A DNA stretch of 64,000 nucleotides, taken from positions 15,686,001 to 15,750,000 of the forward strand of contig JAQFVV010000008.1 of the NCBI GenBank assembly GCA_028023455.1, given 5' to 3'. The translations under genes and the position numbers were made by a program. How positions within the stretch are numbered: position 1 is the stretch's first letter; each line of letters begins with the position of its first letter. The notes beneath the pieces are model-generated. The model was given only the letters and a program-made list of their open reading frames with translations. It had not been told where the DNA came from and made no database searches. Shown piece after piece: positions 13,330 through 25,234 of the stretch. This DNA is from Epiperipatus broadwayi. Lineage: Eukaryota > Animalia > Onychophora.

Positions 13330-15570
13330 ATATATGGAATGTGTGAACTTTATTTGACACAAATACTTCAAGAACAGAATTGAAAACTGCACTGGTAGCT
13401 AAAAATCTGTTAAGATTTAAAGTTGATATAGCTGCTCTTAGTAAAAGTTGCTTTCTATAAAAATCAAGTTTGATAAAAAAAAAAAAAGCTGATTACAAAT
13501 TGTTTTGTCAAACATATCAATCAGTGGCAAGAAAGATGCATGATAGTAGATTTGTTTTAAATGATCTAATTTAGTATCTTCTATTGTTGCAATTCCTTGT
13601 TCTATGAATGAGGCTAATGATGTTAAAAATTACCTTGCACAATAATCTATGCTCTAATCTTAGATTTGAGAATTCAGATAAGGAAAGCTCTTATTCCTTG
13701 TTGGATATATTATTTCGGTAATACCAATAAATGAATGAATTTTTCTTCTTGGAAGCTATTATGCACATTGATATAAATAGCAGACCTCAGCTAACACACC
13801 AATTGACTATCATAAACCCTTTATTTAGATAGAAAAAGTATTAAGAGAAATATAAATGCATCCAGACTCAAAACAATGGCATTTAATAGATTACATTATA
13901 GTCAGAAGAAAGCCTACATGAAAATTTCATATTACACAAGTACTTATAAATGCAGATTGTTGTACAATCATAGATCAGTATGCTATAAGATTAAAATAAA
14001 AGTCACATTAAAAAATAAATACTATCTCAATCCCATTCACAAAAAAATTGATATTCTTTCTTTTGAAGAATTATTGTATACACTAAATGTCAACAGTTGT
14101 TACACATTAAAATTGCTAATTTGGGTCTTCACGATTGACAAATTATTAAAGCATGGAATTCTCTTAAGGAGTGTGTTATAGATACAAGTAAATCTATTCT
14201 TGGGTTCTCTAAAAGAAGAATCATGACTAATTTTCTAACAATAACTTTATTAGTAATAATTTGATTAAAAGAAAAAATGGTAGTTTCTATTTGACAGAAT
14301 AACAAATATGAAACTTTATAATAAATATAGAGAAAAGCAGAAGTTTAATGACTAACAAAAAGATTTAAAAGTGATTGATAGAATAAAACAGCAAAGAAGA
14401 TACAGACATTCACTAATCATAGTTATTCTAGATCTTTTTTTGATAAATAGAAAGAAATATGGATCTTAGAAACACAATCCTATTATATCCAGCAATGCCA
14501 CTTTCTTATATGATGACAATGATATTTTAAATAGATAAAGAAATATTTTGATTATCTTTTGAATAGTGATATAAGAATTGAGATGATGACTTTTAATAAT
14601 ATATTCATTTTATCTATTCATTTATATTTGAACAAAAATATCCAGCTTATTGAAGCTTAAAACAGCTTTTTGTAATCTTAAAAATTGAAAGAGTGCAGAT
14701 CCTGATAGAATGAATACCTGGAGAGCTTTGAAAATATAATGATGATATATTAACTTCAAAAATATTGAAATATTTTAGAAATATATGAGACCCATTAAGT
14801 TGTGTTCCCAATCTTAAGAATGTTTTTATTATTCCAATTTTTAAAAACAAAAACAATAGATAAAATGGCAGAGATTCAATGTAATTTTAAAGAATCAAGA
14901 AGCATTATAGTTACAGTTTTGTTGCCAAGTAAATGCAAGAAAAGTATCGAGAACAAAGGATTAATTTATATACTGTTTTTATAGATTTGGTCTAAGCATT
15001 TGATTCAGTTAATAGGACAAATCTATGGCATTATTTGAAATTAGTTGTTTATACATAAAAATTTTCTTCATATTATACAATTTCTGCCTGATGAAATGAG
15101 ATGAAGTGTTATTAGTACAGATGGAAAATCTGAGGTATTTGAAATGAAAACTCTTAAACTAGGTTGTGTACTTGCTCTAATATTCTTTTCATTGTTTTCG
15201 ATTTTTATGTCAATGTGTTTAAAATTGTTTATAGGTAGCTTAATCAAACAGAGATCAAGATATAATATAGATCTGATGGTGAAATTTTTAATTTGAATTG
15301 ACTAAACGTGAAAACAAGAACTTCTTGGATTGTGGATTTACAAATGTTGGTGATTGTGCTGTTTTTTCCAGATCAAAAACCGATTTACTGAAGATACTTA
15401 ATGTTTTCAATACAACATATAAAGATTTTTATTAATAAATGTTCAAAAGCAAAATCTTCAGTTACTTTTAGCTTGGACAGTTATCAACTTAAAAATGTAA
15501 ACCAATTTAAATAACTTGATAATTTTAAAAGTACAAAGATAGACGTAGATTTAGAGGTACAACAAGACTT
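13330..15570 (+). pseudogene. Old RTE/Bov-B-like LINE remnant (APE endonuclease + RT)
   Basis: Endonuclease start WNV.TLFD...TALVAKNLLRFKVDIAALS (~13335-13445); RT motifs FIDL.KAFDSVNR.NLW (~14975-15030) and LKLGCVLA (~15150-15180); heavily disrupted. Confidence 0.7.
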
Positions 15571-15623
15571 CACTGTTCTACTGCTTCTTTTAACAAGTAA
15601 AAAAAGATAAGAATATTCCATTA

Positions 15624-16090
15624 CAGGGATGGGGAACCTTTTTCTGCCAATGGACATTTAGATATTTCTAATTTCATTTGCTAATCACAAAATTATTGAC
15701 TTAAAAATTAATCTATTATATTTGATCAAAAATTTAATTAATATATCTCTAACCAGTAAGGCTGGGTAACTTTTTCAACTGATAAGCCAATTTCAACTTC
15801 CCCCTTTTAAACAAGGACCATAATTTTTTTGTGAATTAAAAATGTAATTACATTATTATTAATTATTATTCCACATTTAATTACAATTTTTCTGATTTGC
15901 CTCGAACTTATCTTCATGACATATATTCTTACATTTCTCTTTATGTTCTGAATAAGTCAATTTCATAGCACCTAAGATGCAGTCTTCTAAAAATTCCCCT
16001 TCAGAAAATAGTTTCAAATTTTCTGGGATTTTTTAAAAATAACTTGCTCTCTCAGAATTTTCTGAGTTTGTATGCACTTTTTATAAAACA
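15624..16090 (-). mobile_element. hAT (GTF2IRD2/SPIN-like) DNA transposon remnant
   Basis: hAT-type terminus CAGGGATGGGGAACCTTTTT at 15624; minus-strand LFSEGEFLEDCILGAMKLTYSEHKEKCKNI (~15915-16015) resembles GTF2IRD2-like hAT transposases. Partner TIR not found. Confidence 0.55.
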
Positions 16091-16095
16091 TATCA

Positions 16096-16618
16096 GCTAA
16101 ACAGAGCAATCAATGGATGCCAGAGGCTTGTGCATAAAATCCCTATCTAATGCCTACTCATCCAATATCCCCAGACTAGTTTCTGGCTTGTGGCCTTCAT
16201 CAGTGAGGAGCTTTGGATCTGAGAGCACTGCATCTAGATCTTAGGATCCAATGCAACCCTCTAGCAACCACCTTTTATCTCAGCTTAACTACTAAACTAT
16301 GAGAATAAAATTGAAAACACAAAAAATATTTTCAATCTAAGCTCAATAGCTCAAATAGTCATATGGGTCTGAACTCAGTTCAGCACCCATACATTTTGGT
16401 GTCTTTGGCTCTTTTACAACCATAGCCACCACTATCCTATTAGGCAGGATTGGTGTTAAACCATTAAGCATCACATGATCACATTTCCTATACTAGCACA
16501 TTAATTGTTGATAAACAGAGCAAAACTCTTCATACAGTATTGCCACCTGTGCTAAACAGAGTATTCAATGGATGCCAGAAGGCTTGTGCATAAAATCCCT
16601 ATCTAATGCCTACTCATC
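16096..16618 (-). mobile_element. Non-coding ~455-bp repeat unit with terminal direct repeat and hammerhead ribozyme (PLE pLTR or non-LTR retrozyme-like)
   Basis: 16096-16162 repeated at 16551-16618 (period 455); no ORF; internal hairpins (e.g. ATGGGTCTGAACTCAGTTCAGCACCCAT at ~16363-16390); homologous to the 10.2-kb and 59.6-kb copies. Confidence 0.85.
16168..16209 (-). ncRNA. Minimal type I hammerhead ribozyme motif
   Basis: Minus strand UCCUCA-CUGAUGA-A-GGC-CACAA-GCC-A-GAAAC-UA-GUC-UGGGGA: intact CUGAUGA and GAAA cores, GUC cleavage triplet, 6-bp stem I, 3-bp stem II, palindromic stem III (ACUAGU). Confidence 0.8.
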
Positions 16619-17259
16619 ATTAAACAGAAATAGATTATTTCAAAATAATCCTCAAATTAAATACTAGAGGGTAATAATTATCAACATTATAAAAGATGTT
16701 TTATAGCCATTCTTAATAAGTTTGTTTCACTAACTAATCAATTATTAATCAATCTCATTTAATAATGTTGGAGAAGTTTTCACTCTTTTAAGAGACACAA
16801 TTATAAATCATTGCTTAGCAGACCTAAATGATTTTTACCACATTGGGCTTGTTTATTTTGTCTCAATCCTTTACTGGATTCAATCGCAGGCTTAAATATT
16901 AGAATGCTACTCAACTAACAAAATATAACTAGATCATTAGGCTGCCTTGTTACATACTATATAATAGTGAAAAATTGAAACTAATATGGAAGTGTGATGC
17001 ATAAAATATTCCTTACACATTTACTCATCTACATAAAGATGATTAACTCATACTAATTGAAGAACTCATAAAATATTTGCAATATAGCAGTTTTATATAA
17101 ATTTGATAATTACTTACGTTTGCACAATCTATACCTAAGGTAAACCACATTTAATCCCAACAATAATAATACTAAATAAAAATATTACCTGTACTTGAGC
17201 ATAGTAATAACTGAGAAAACTTTATTACATTGATAACAACTATAATATTAACTAAATAA

Positions 17260-17780
17260 GAAAGAAGCAATTATGAGAAAATGCATTAAATAATCCATCA
17301 GGGTTCATTTTTATAATATCATCCTTTCTGAAACAGCATAACGAGTAATAAATTCCATTTAATGTACTTGTTAATCCAAGATAATCTGTATTTAATATAT
17401 TAATCCATTTTTCATATTTGCTTTGAGAATCAACAATTCAGGAATGGCATTTAAATATTTAGCTTCATAATCCATTATTGTTTGAATGTTATTTATATGT
17501 ATTTAGCAGTGATAATCCTTAATGTAATTACTTAATCACAGGATACAAATTTGTAGTTTTATTCCAGTTTATTCCATATAGCGATTTAATCCATTTGAAC
17601 AAATGCTATAATTTATCCAAAAAATTAGGGTTCATTACTTTTTTAATTTGAGTTATAAAATTAGACTATTCATTTATAAATCTTTAATCTATGATGCCAG
17701 TAATTCTGATCATATATTTGATAAAGCAAATAGTTTATTATTCATAAAAACGATTTTCATTACTTTTTGAGCGATAAGTT
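17260..17780 (-). pseudogene. Possible decayed L1/Tx1-like LINE fragment
   Basis: Weak NLYPVIK...GLSLLN similarity to the L1 RT C-terminal region; many stops. Confidence 0.25.
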
Positions 17781-18025
17781 TATAGAGGAATATTTGAGTT
17801 GAAAAATTATTGTTTAAAGTTTTTCCTGACTTAACTAAAGACAAGACAATTCGCAACATTGAGATGAATATGAATCTGTTTCTTGTAATGAAAAAAAAAT
17901 TTTTTTAATAATAATTTGAAAAAATAAGCAGCAGCAACTTATAAACATAATCATCATCATCATCATTATCAACCATTATCAATCCACTGCAGGATGAAGG
18001 TCTCTCCAAGTTTAATCCATCTTCT

Positions 18026-18814
18026 TCAATCTTTAGCTTCTCTTCTCCACATCACCCCTACACATTTTCTTATTTCATCCATCCATCTTACATGTGGTCT
18101 CCTTCTGGGTCTTTTACAATCTCTTGGAATCCAGTTTAAAATTTCAATTGTCCATCTATTATCATCTCTTCTAGCAATATGTCCAGCCCAACTCCACTTC
18201 AATCTTTTAATTTTTTCAATGAGGTCAGTAACACCTGTTTGTTCTCTTACCCATACATTGCGTTTTCGATCTCTTCTTGTTACTCCCAACATACATCTCT
18301 CCATACTTCTTTGAGTGGTCTGAAGTCTCTGTATTGATCTTCTATTAAGTGTCCAAGACTCAGATCCATAAGTAAGAACTGGTAAAACACATTTGTTAAA
18401 AACCTTTCTTTTCAAACACATAGGCATATTTCCTTTTAATATCAAGTTATTTCTACCAAAAGCACTCCAACCAAGTTTAATTCTATGATTAATTTCCTCT
18501 ATTATGTTTCCATCTGTATTAATAATCTGACCAAGGTATTTGTAACTCTTAACTTCTTCTAATTCATCATAATCAATCTTTATTTTCATATTTTGAGCAA
18601 ATCGATTAAACATTACTTTAGTCTTTTTAACATTTATCTTTAGTCCTACTTTCCTACTTTCATCTGATAACTCCTGCAACATTTCCTGCAGCTCGGAAGC
18701 ATTATTTGCAAAAACAACTACATCATCTGCGAAATCTAAATGACTTAAATAATCTCCATTTACTTTCACTCCTTTAGTTTCCCATTTTAATCCACAAAAT
18801 ATTTCTTGCAGCAC
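18026..18814 (-). pseudogene. RTE LINE RT, C-terminal part
   Basis: HLDFADDVV, YKYLGQ, LTYGSESW, WSWAGHIARR, RPRRRPHVRW; the stop at 18026 looks premature (RTE-like RRWIKLGETFILQW follows in frame). Confidence 0.95.
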
Positions 18815-19914
18815 TGCTGTAAAAAGTTTGGAGATATGGAGTCACCTTGTCTTACACCTTTCTCAATGTTGACTTTCCCAGTATCATTATGTAATCTAAT
18901 TGTTGCTGTTGCATTTTTATAAATATTCTTTAAAATATGACAATATCCTGGATCTACACCTTGATGATCCAATGCTTTAATCACTGAAGAAATGTTTATA
19001 GAATCAAATGCCTTTTCATAATCTACAAATCCAAAACATAATGACAACTCATATTCATTTGTCCTTTCTATAACTTCTCTCAATACTTGAATATGATCTA
19101 CTGTACTAAAACCACTTTTAAATCCAGCTTGTTCTCTTGGTTGGTGAAAATCCAAGGTTCTCTGTAGACGAGTTGTAATTATCTTGGTAAAAATTTTATA
19201 TAAAACTGATAAAAGGCTGATAGGTCTGTAATTTCTAATATCTTCTTTATCACCTTTTTTAAATATTAATATTATTACTGCATTCTTCCAATCATCCGGT
19301 ACATCTTTATCATTTAGACATTTGGTATATAACTTTGCTAATATTTTTTCTGTTTCTTCACCTGCTTCTTTTAATATATCAATTATAATTCCATCATTAC
19401 CTGGAGCCTTTCCTTTTTTCATACATTTAATTGCATTTCTCACTTCTTCATTTAAAATTCTGGGCAATTCGAAAGATGTAATAGATATAGGAGGTACTTG
19501 TTCTTTATTACTATATAATTCTTGATAAAAATCTTCTACCAATTTCATAATGTCATCCCTCTTTTTAGTAATAATTCCATCTTTTTTCCTTATTGCAGAT
19601 ATAAATTTCCTACCAATACCAAAATGTTGTTTTACATTCCTAAGACTTTTATTTTCTTCTATAGCTTTTCTTGCTAGTTCACAGTTATACTTTCTTATAT
19701 CATTTTCAACTCTTTTCCGCACCATTTTACAAAATTCGAGATATTCAATTCTTTTTAATGCATCATTCTTGCATATCTTCATATTCCTTCTTTTCTTCAT
19801 AAGTTCTCTAGTCTCAGTAGAAATTTTATTAGTCAATTGCTGCTTTTTTCTACCAGCTATCTTTGTTGCAGTTTTTAAAAGTGTATCAGTTATTTTCATA
19901 TTAATTTCATTCAA
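18787..19914 (-). pseudogene. RTE LINE RT, N-terminal part
   Basis: [49 protein letters not shown]. Confidence 0.95.
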
Positions 19915-21103
19915 ATCTGAATCATGTTCAAAATCTACTAATACTTGAAACCGATTTGTAAGTACTAATTTAAATTCATTAGAATGTTTCTGAAGATTAA
20001 GAATATCAACTGTAAATATAGTTTTTCTTAATAATTTTTGTCTCTCTAGTTTTACATTAACATGTATCTTACCCCTTACTAATTACATAATATTGTAAAT
20101 TATATCAGCTATTTATCATTACTTTCAATTAAAGAAATCCAGTGATTTATTGTTGAAATAGTGAAACAGCATTTTGACTATAATAAATGGGATTTCTTGA
20201 AAAAAAAATTAACAAATTAAACACTGATGGTTTCTGGTTTATTTGTTATTGTCCTTCTTTCTCCTAGAATGATGAGAAGAAGTCATTTATCTAGCAAAGA
20301 CAACTGGCTAGCTGTTGATCTAGCTAGTTATTGTGTAGATGGCCAACAAAATGTCTATTTAAAAAATATGAACCTGTTTAGGTCCAGAATGCAATAACTG
20401 TTGGGATTTTCCAAACTTCAGCTTTTATACCAGTCATCACATGGGGAGTCTGGATTACAGAATATTTTCTATCATCCTTTGGGTTCCTTCATTTGTACCA
20501 AAATACTGGAAGAGGTCATCATGGCTTTTACAAGGTGGCAAAATTTTACAAACACTGTTCAAAAATAAAATAATAATTTCTGTGATTTTCAATTGCTTCA
20601 TTTTCTGAATTTGAAATAATTTAACAAAGATTTATTCAAAATAGATAAATCATAAACTTTAAAGTTTTCAGATATTTATTTCAATTAAATTAAAATTAAT
20701 CTTTTTTATAAATATCATTAAATCTAAAACTTAAACATGTATGCCTCCACTCACACAAAATATAAAATGTAAAAATTGTTCATTCTACACATAAATAAAA
20801 TATTTTAGTGCTGTATGTTGGATTTATAATTCTATTCTATATTTCTATTTTTGAATTATTTATTTTATGTGTGATACAATTTGATAAATTTATTCCTTAA
20901 TAAGAATAACCATGAAATATGAGCGTACTTATTTTCTTTATACAAATATAGAAGTCTAACTTAAAATGTTCAATGTCTCTAAAAAGATTATTTAATTTAT
21001 CAATAATAGAAAATGAATTACTCCAAGAATTATACTTAAGTAAGTGCAATGATTGACATTGATAATATTGTAAACATTGTAAATAATAAACTATTTTATT
21101 TTA

Positions 21104-21397
21104 CATTCATATTGGCCATTCAAGCCAATTGTGCAAACGCTTTGCGAGTGTTAAATAATAAATGAATACCCTCTGACCAATACAAGATATAGAATTTATG
21201 CAGGAATAAAAAGAATCCCTCCTATTCCTACGACTCAAATATTTATATATGAGCAAATCTGAAGTACTGGCACAGAAGGTGTGACAATATAACGGTCACT
21301 TTAAATTACTATATCTTGTATTGGTCAGAGGGTATTCATTTATTATTTAACACTCGCAAAGCATTTGCACAATTGGCTTGAATGGCCGATATGAATG
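21104..21397. mobile_element. MITE, Tc1/mariner-type (TA TSD)
   Basis: 89-bp TIRs (21104-21192 / 21309-21397) with 2 mismatches, both C/T at CpG; CA...TG ends; TA on both sides. Confidence 0.92.
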
Positions 21398-21503
21398 TAA
21401 TTACAAATTGTATACAGACGCTATAAAAATAAATGTTTATTTATATTTTATTTTGTGTAATTAGTGCGGCAGTAGAGACAGTTCCTCCTGGAAAAAATTT
21501 ATT

Positions 21504-21646
21504 CTAGAAAAGGGCATTGGAAAGAATGAATATTTGTTGTGCAAATGACTTGTAAAAGGTTTTTTTTATGAGAGCAGTTGTAGTTAAGAAAACAAAGAGC
21601 TGCTTATAGTTGATGGCTTCTCTCAAGAGGGGAGAAAAATGCACAC
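21504..21646 (-). CDS. Candidate terminal exon of the PARP14-like gene (divergent ART segment)
   Basis: TTTTTAG acceptor, then phase-1 GVHFSPLLREAINYKQLFVFL... to TAG; resembles the G.YFA....YS..Y segment of PARP catalytic domains; AATAAA downstream. The splice link to upstream exons is not established. Confidence 0.3.
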
Positions 21647-23044
21647 CTAAAAATAACATTATTATTAAGCTAATTATAGTTTAAATAGAATTAATGAACT
21701 TTGAATAGTAGTTGTAAATGATGAAATATGTTCTCATTTTATTTGTTGCTATTCCCCAAATTTGTACGAAGAAAATAGTTTATTGTTATTATACTATAAT
21801 TTTTGATATATATATATTATCATTGTTATCTTAAAAATAAATACATTGAAATATTAACAGTGTTTGTTTATTTTATTACTAATGTTATGCTATCATGGCT
21901 ATGTATAGACTCCTCGTGAATACAGCAGTAATATAATTAAAAGGTTTGTTAGTTAAATGCCACAAAAGTTACAGTATCATAATAAAAATGTTAGAAATAT
22001 TTTTATAATGATAAAAAATGACATTACGTTTATTGTACCCATTCATTATTATATTTACTAAAGGTTAAATTTTATTATATGTCAATATCAACGTCTTTTC
22101 TTTTTGTCATTTATAAATAATAACTAATAAATTTACAGTTAAATCATTGAAGGAGAGCTAAAAAAAAAAACTGTTTACATTAAAGTGCTTACATATCAAT
22201 GCTGAACCTGTATATATATATTTCATAAGATAATTACATTATTTCAAATCTTAAAAATTATTTCAATTTAGCATTTTTAATTTATTTATGGAGATAAATA
22301 AAGAATACATAGACCAAAAAAAAAAATATTACTAAAATAAATTTATTTATTGACACAGGGTCTTTACAAAACTTTGTAAAATATATATCTAGATTTTTTT
22401 TTTAAAGATTAAAAAGTAATTCCTTTACTGTTTGTTTAAATAAACAAGAGGCTATAGCTTATCTATTCAGTAAATATGTGCTTGTTTTGTTCATATGTAA
22501 TTGATATACATATTTAAATGTTTATTATTGTCAGCTATAAAATTCCTTTCACAGCTATAATCCATAAAATTTAATCCATTTATTTTCTGCTTAAATCTGA
22601 ATTCTTCTAAATAAATAAATATTTCATTATTAAAGATTTTATTATTTATATATGGGAATTCAGTCAAAATAAAACATGATTTGAAAAGATAAATGATAAA
22701 TTGAGATTTAAGAATTTTTTTTATAAAAACTGGATTATATTTGGAAAGAAAATTAAATTTAAAAATTTTTAATTTAAGTTTATAAAAATTATATTATTAC
22801 TATTTTCAAATTAGATTTCTTGCTTTTTTTTTTCTTCAACTGCTACTTGTACTTGAAAAGAATATTATAACTGATATATATATAATAGTCTAGAAAATGA
22901 TGAAAACTATACTAAAATCTTTCCACAAGTATTGAAAAATATTTAAAGAGTATGTATTACCATACTATTCAATTCATAAACAATAAAGAGGTTTTATATA
23001 TTTCTTTTATTACTTTACCCTAACTAACAATAACTAACCATTTA

Positions 23045-23236
23045 CTAAACAAGTTTTTTTTTTTTATGTCTTATAAGATTGGCCATAAGTTTAACTGTAA
23101 AAATTCTAAAATTATTTAGAATATCTTGGAAAAATTCTGGCTCAATTGATTTGAACTCAGGTTTATGATTATGGCTAAAGATTGTACTAATCACAATCCA
23201 TGTAGGCATATGAAGATTTAATGGATAACCTTTCAT
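23045..23236 (-). CDS. Candidate PARP catalytic-domain N-terminal segment
   Basis: MPTW...KPEFKSIEPEFFQDILNNFRIFTVKLMANL follows the P..W...EY..V...F......I..I.RIQN pattern that follows WWE in PARP14; lies ~210 bp downstream of the WWE exon, but only weak acceptors (AAG/GAG) are in frame. Confidence 0.4.
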   Translation of the reverse strand: MKGYPLNLHMPTWIVISTIFSHNHKPEFKSIEPEFFQDILNNFRIFTVKLMANLIRHKKKKLV

Positions 23237-23446
23237 TGCTCTTCATACAGTTCTTTTTTACTGAGATTATTTTTTAAGTGTCAATCTTTAAGATTTTATA
23301 TATATATATACTACAACAAAACAAAGATTTTATAAAAATTTGTGAATGAAAATCAAATATATTCTTTTTAAAAAAGAAAATTGTTTAAACAGCTATAGTA
23401 TTTTAGTCAAATAGTTAAAAAAAAAAAAAAAGAGTCAATACATTAC

Positions 23447-23786
23447 CAGTAATAAGATCCCGTCTCTTCAGATTTTCTGAACCAATGTCATAGTCAAACC
23501 CATGAATATTAAAAGACTGTTTCTGTTTACAGTGATAAGCTTTTTCTAATTGTATATTTAATTCTTCATTGACAGGATTAAAATTTGTACACTCTGATTT
23601 CCTAAAATACCATTGGACAGTCTTGGACATTAAATAAGCTTCTTTAACTAATGTAAATAGTTGATATAATTTCTCAACAGCTTTTAAAACATTCGTTACA
23701 AGGCCTTTAACAATGATTTCATTGTTAAGTGAATTGACAGTTATTATAATTTCTTCTTCTTTAGCAATAGTACGTATTTTATTAAT
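23447..23786 (-). CDS. PARP14-like: PARP14-like gene, WWE-domain exon
   Basis: Poly-T CAG acceptor and GTAATG donor; 340 nt open in phase 0 to 1: INKIRTIAKEEE...IIVKGLVTNVLKAVEKL...VQWYFRKSEC.NFNPVNEELNIQLEKAYHCKQKQ..., matching the linker+WWE of macro-PARPs. Confidence 0.8.
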
Positions 23787-25234
23787 CTGAAAAAAAAAAA
23801 AATTAATAATATGAATGCAAAATATAACTATCTTAAATTTCTACTTTAAAATATATATATATTTTTAAAAAATAGGCAATTGAGTGAAATATCATGGGAT
23901 TTCTGAGTGAATACCACAAGGACCACAAGAACAAAAATAATTCCATTTAATTGGTTAGCCAAAGATTCCACACACACACACATTTTCTTTAGCTAAAAAA
24001 TTAATCCAGAAAATATGAATTTTTAAGCTATTATTCTCAGCCTGGGTTAAATGCTCAGGATTATTAAAAAGTAATATGAAATAATCCTTAGCAAGTTTTT
24101 CAGGCAAAGAATGTTATTTGTTTTCTGATTGAGATAAAGGATAGCAATTTAATTAATTATTAAAATTGAACTAAGAATTGTAAATTCTCACAGGACATGT
24201 GACCATTTAGTTGAGGATATATTGAATTAATAATATCAAATAACTTTTGATGATTAATGTATTTAAATTCAAGTTGACAATAAAAAAAAAATCATTTCAA
24301 TACTTTACTAATACAATTTTTCTTAAATTATCTTGACTTCAAGCTGTAAATAACTTTCGGTTTTGCTTCTATAATATTTCTTCATAAAGTTATGTTTCAA
24401 ATCTTCCTTTTACATAATGATCCAGAATACTTCTCTATTTCAATTCCTAGTTCAAAATGTGTTTTGTGTGAGAATGGGCATTATCTTACAGTGGCTAGTT
24501 AAGAATTATTCTAATCCACTGATGGACAATTCTTCTAGTTATGAGAACAGTTATCTCTAGTTTAGTTCTTAAATTTTTACTTTACTATGTGCACTTTAAT
24601 CCATTCATTTATTTTTCTATCTGCTTCAAATATTCCTTTGTGTTTCATTTTAAAATTCAGAATTTACTATTATAAATAAAAACCCACTTTATTTACTATT
24701 AATAAATAAAGACATTATGAAAAGATTTTGATTTTAATCATGTACATTTTCTATAAATAATTCTATCAAATCTGTTCCAAGCTATTTTAATCTTTCTATT
24801 ATCTTCTGTTTTATTTGCTTTAATTATTACCAACTGATGTATGTAAACATAATTAACTATTTCTTAAATTTTCTTTTCACTGATGATAATATTTTTACAA
24901 ACCATAAATTTCCTAAAAAACTGCTTTAGTTTTATTAAAATTTATTTCTAAAGCTTTTATAATCTGGTTAAAAATAATTTACAAATTTTTCATTGTTAGT
25001 CATCAGTTATTATTGCAAAAATAACATTATTATAAAATCTAAGATGTTTCAGAAAAACATTATTTATTTATCATGAAGCTGAACACTTCTTATTTTAAAT
25101 TCTTACTGAAACTGAATTGCCTTGGTATACCCATTTTCTGCTTTGAATAATTTTATATAACTTTATTGATAGAATAATACTTATGAATACTTTCTTTCCA
25201 TTAATTATATGTCTGACTATTTCCATCATCTAAT

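Larger units (their letters stand above)
17952..20084 (-). mobile_element. 5'-truncated RTE-clade LINE
   Basis: RT ORF split by one frameshift near 18830; (GAT)n 3' tail at ~17952-17970; 7-bp TSD ACATAAT at 17945-17951 and 20085-20091. Confidence 0.95.

Noticed and set aside
17994-19948. Plus-strand ORFs 17994-18314, 19322-19525 and 19550-19948
   Set aside because: Antisense shadows of the RTE RT ORF; no independent protein features.
22193-22207. Possible 15-nt phase-compatible micro-exon (AG...GTAAGC) of the PARP-like gene
   Set aside because: Too short to distinguish from chance without RNA data.
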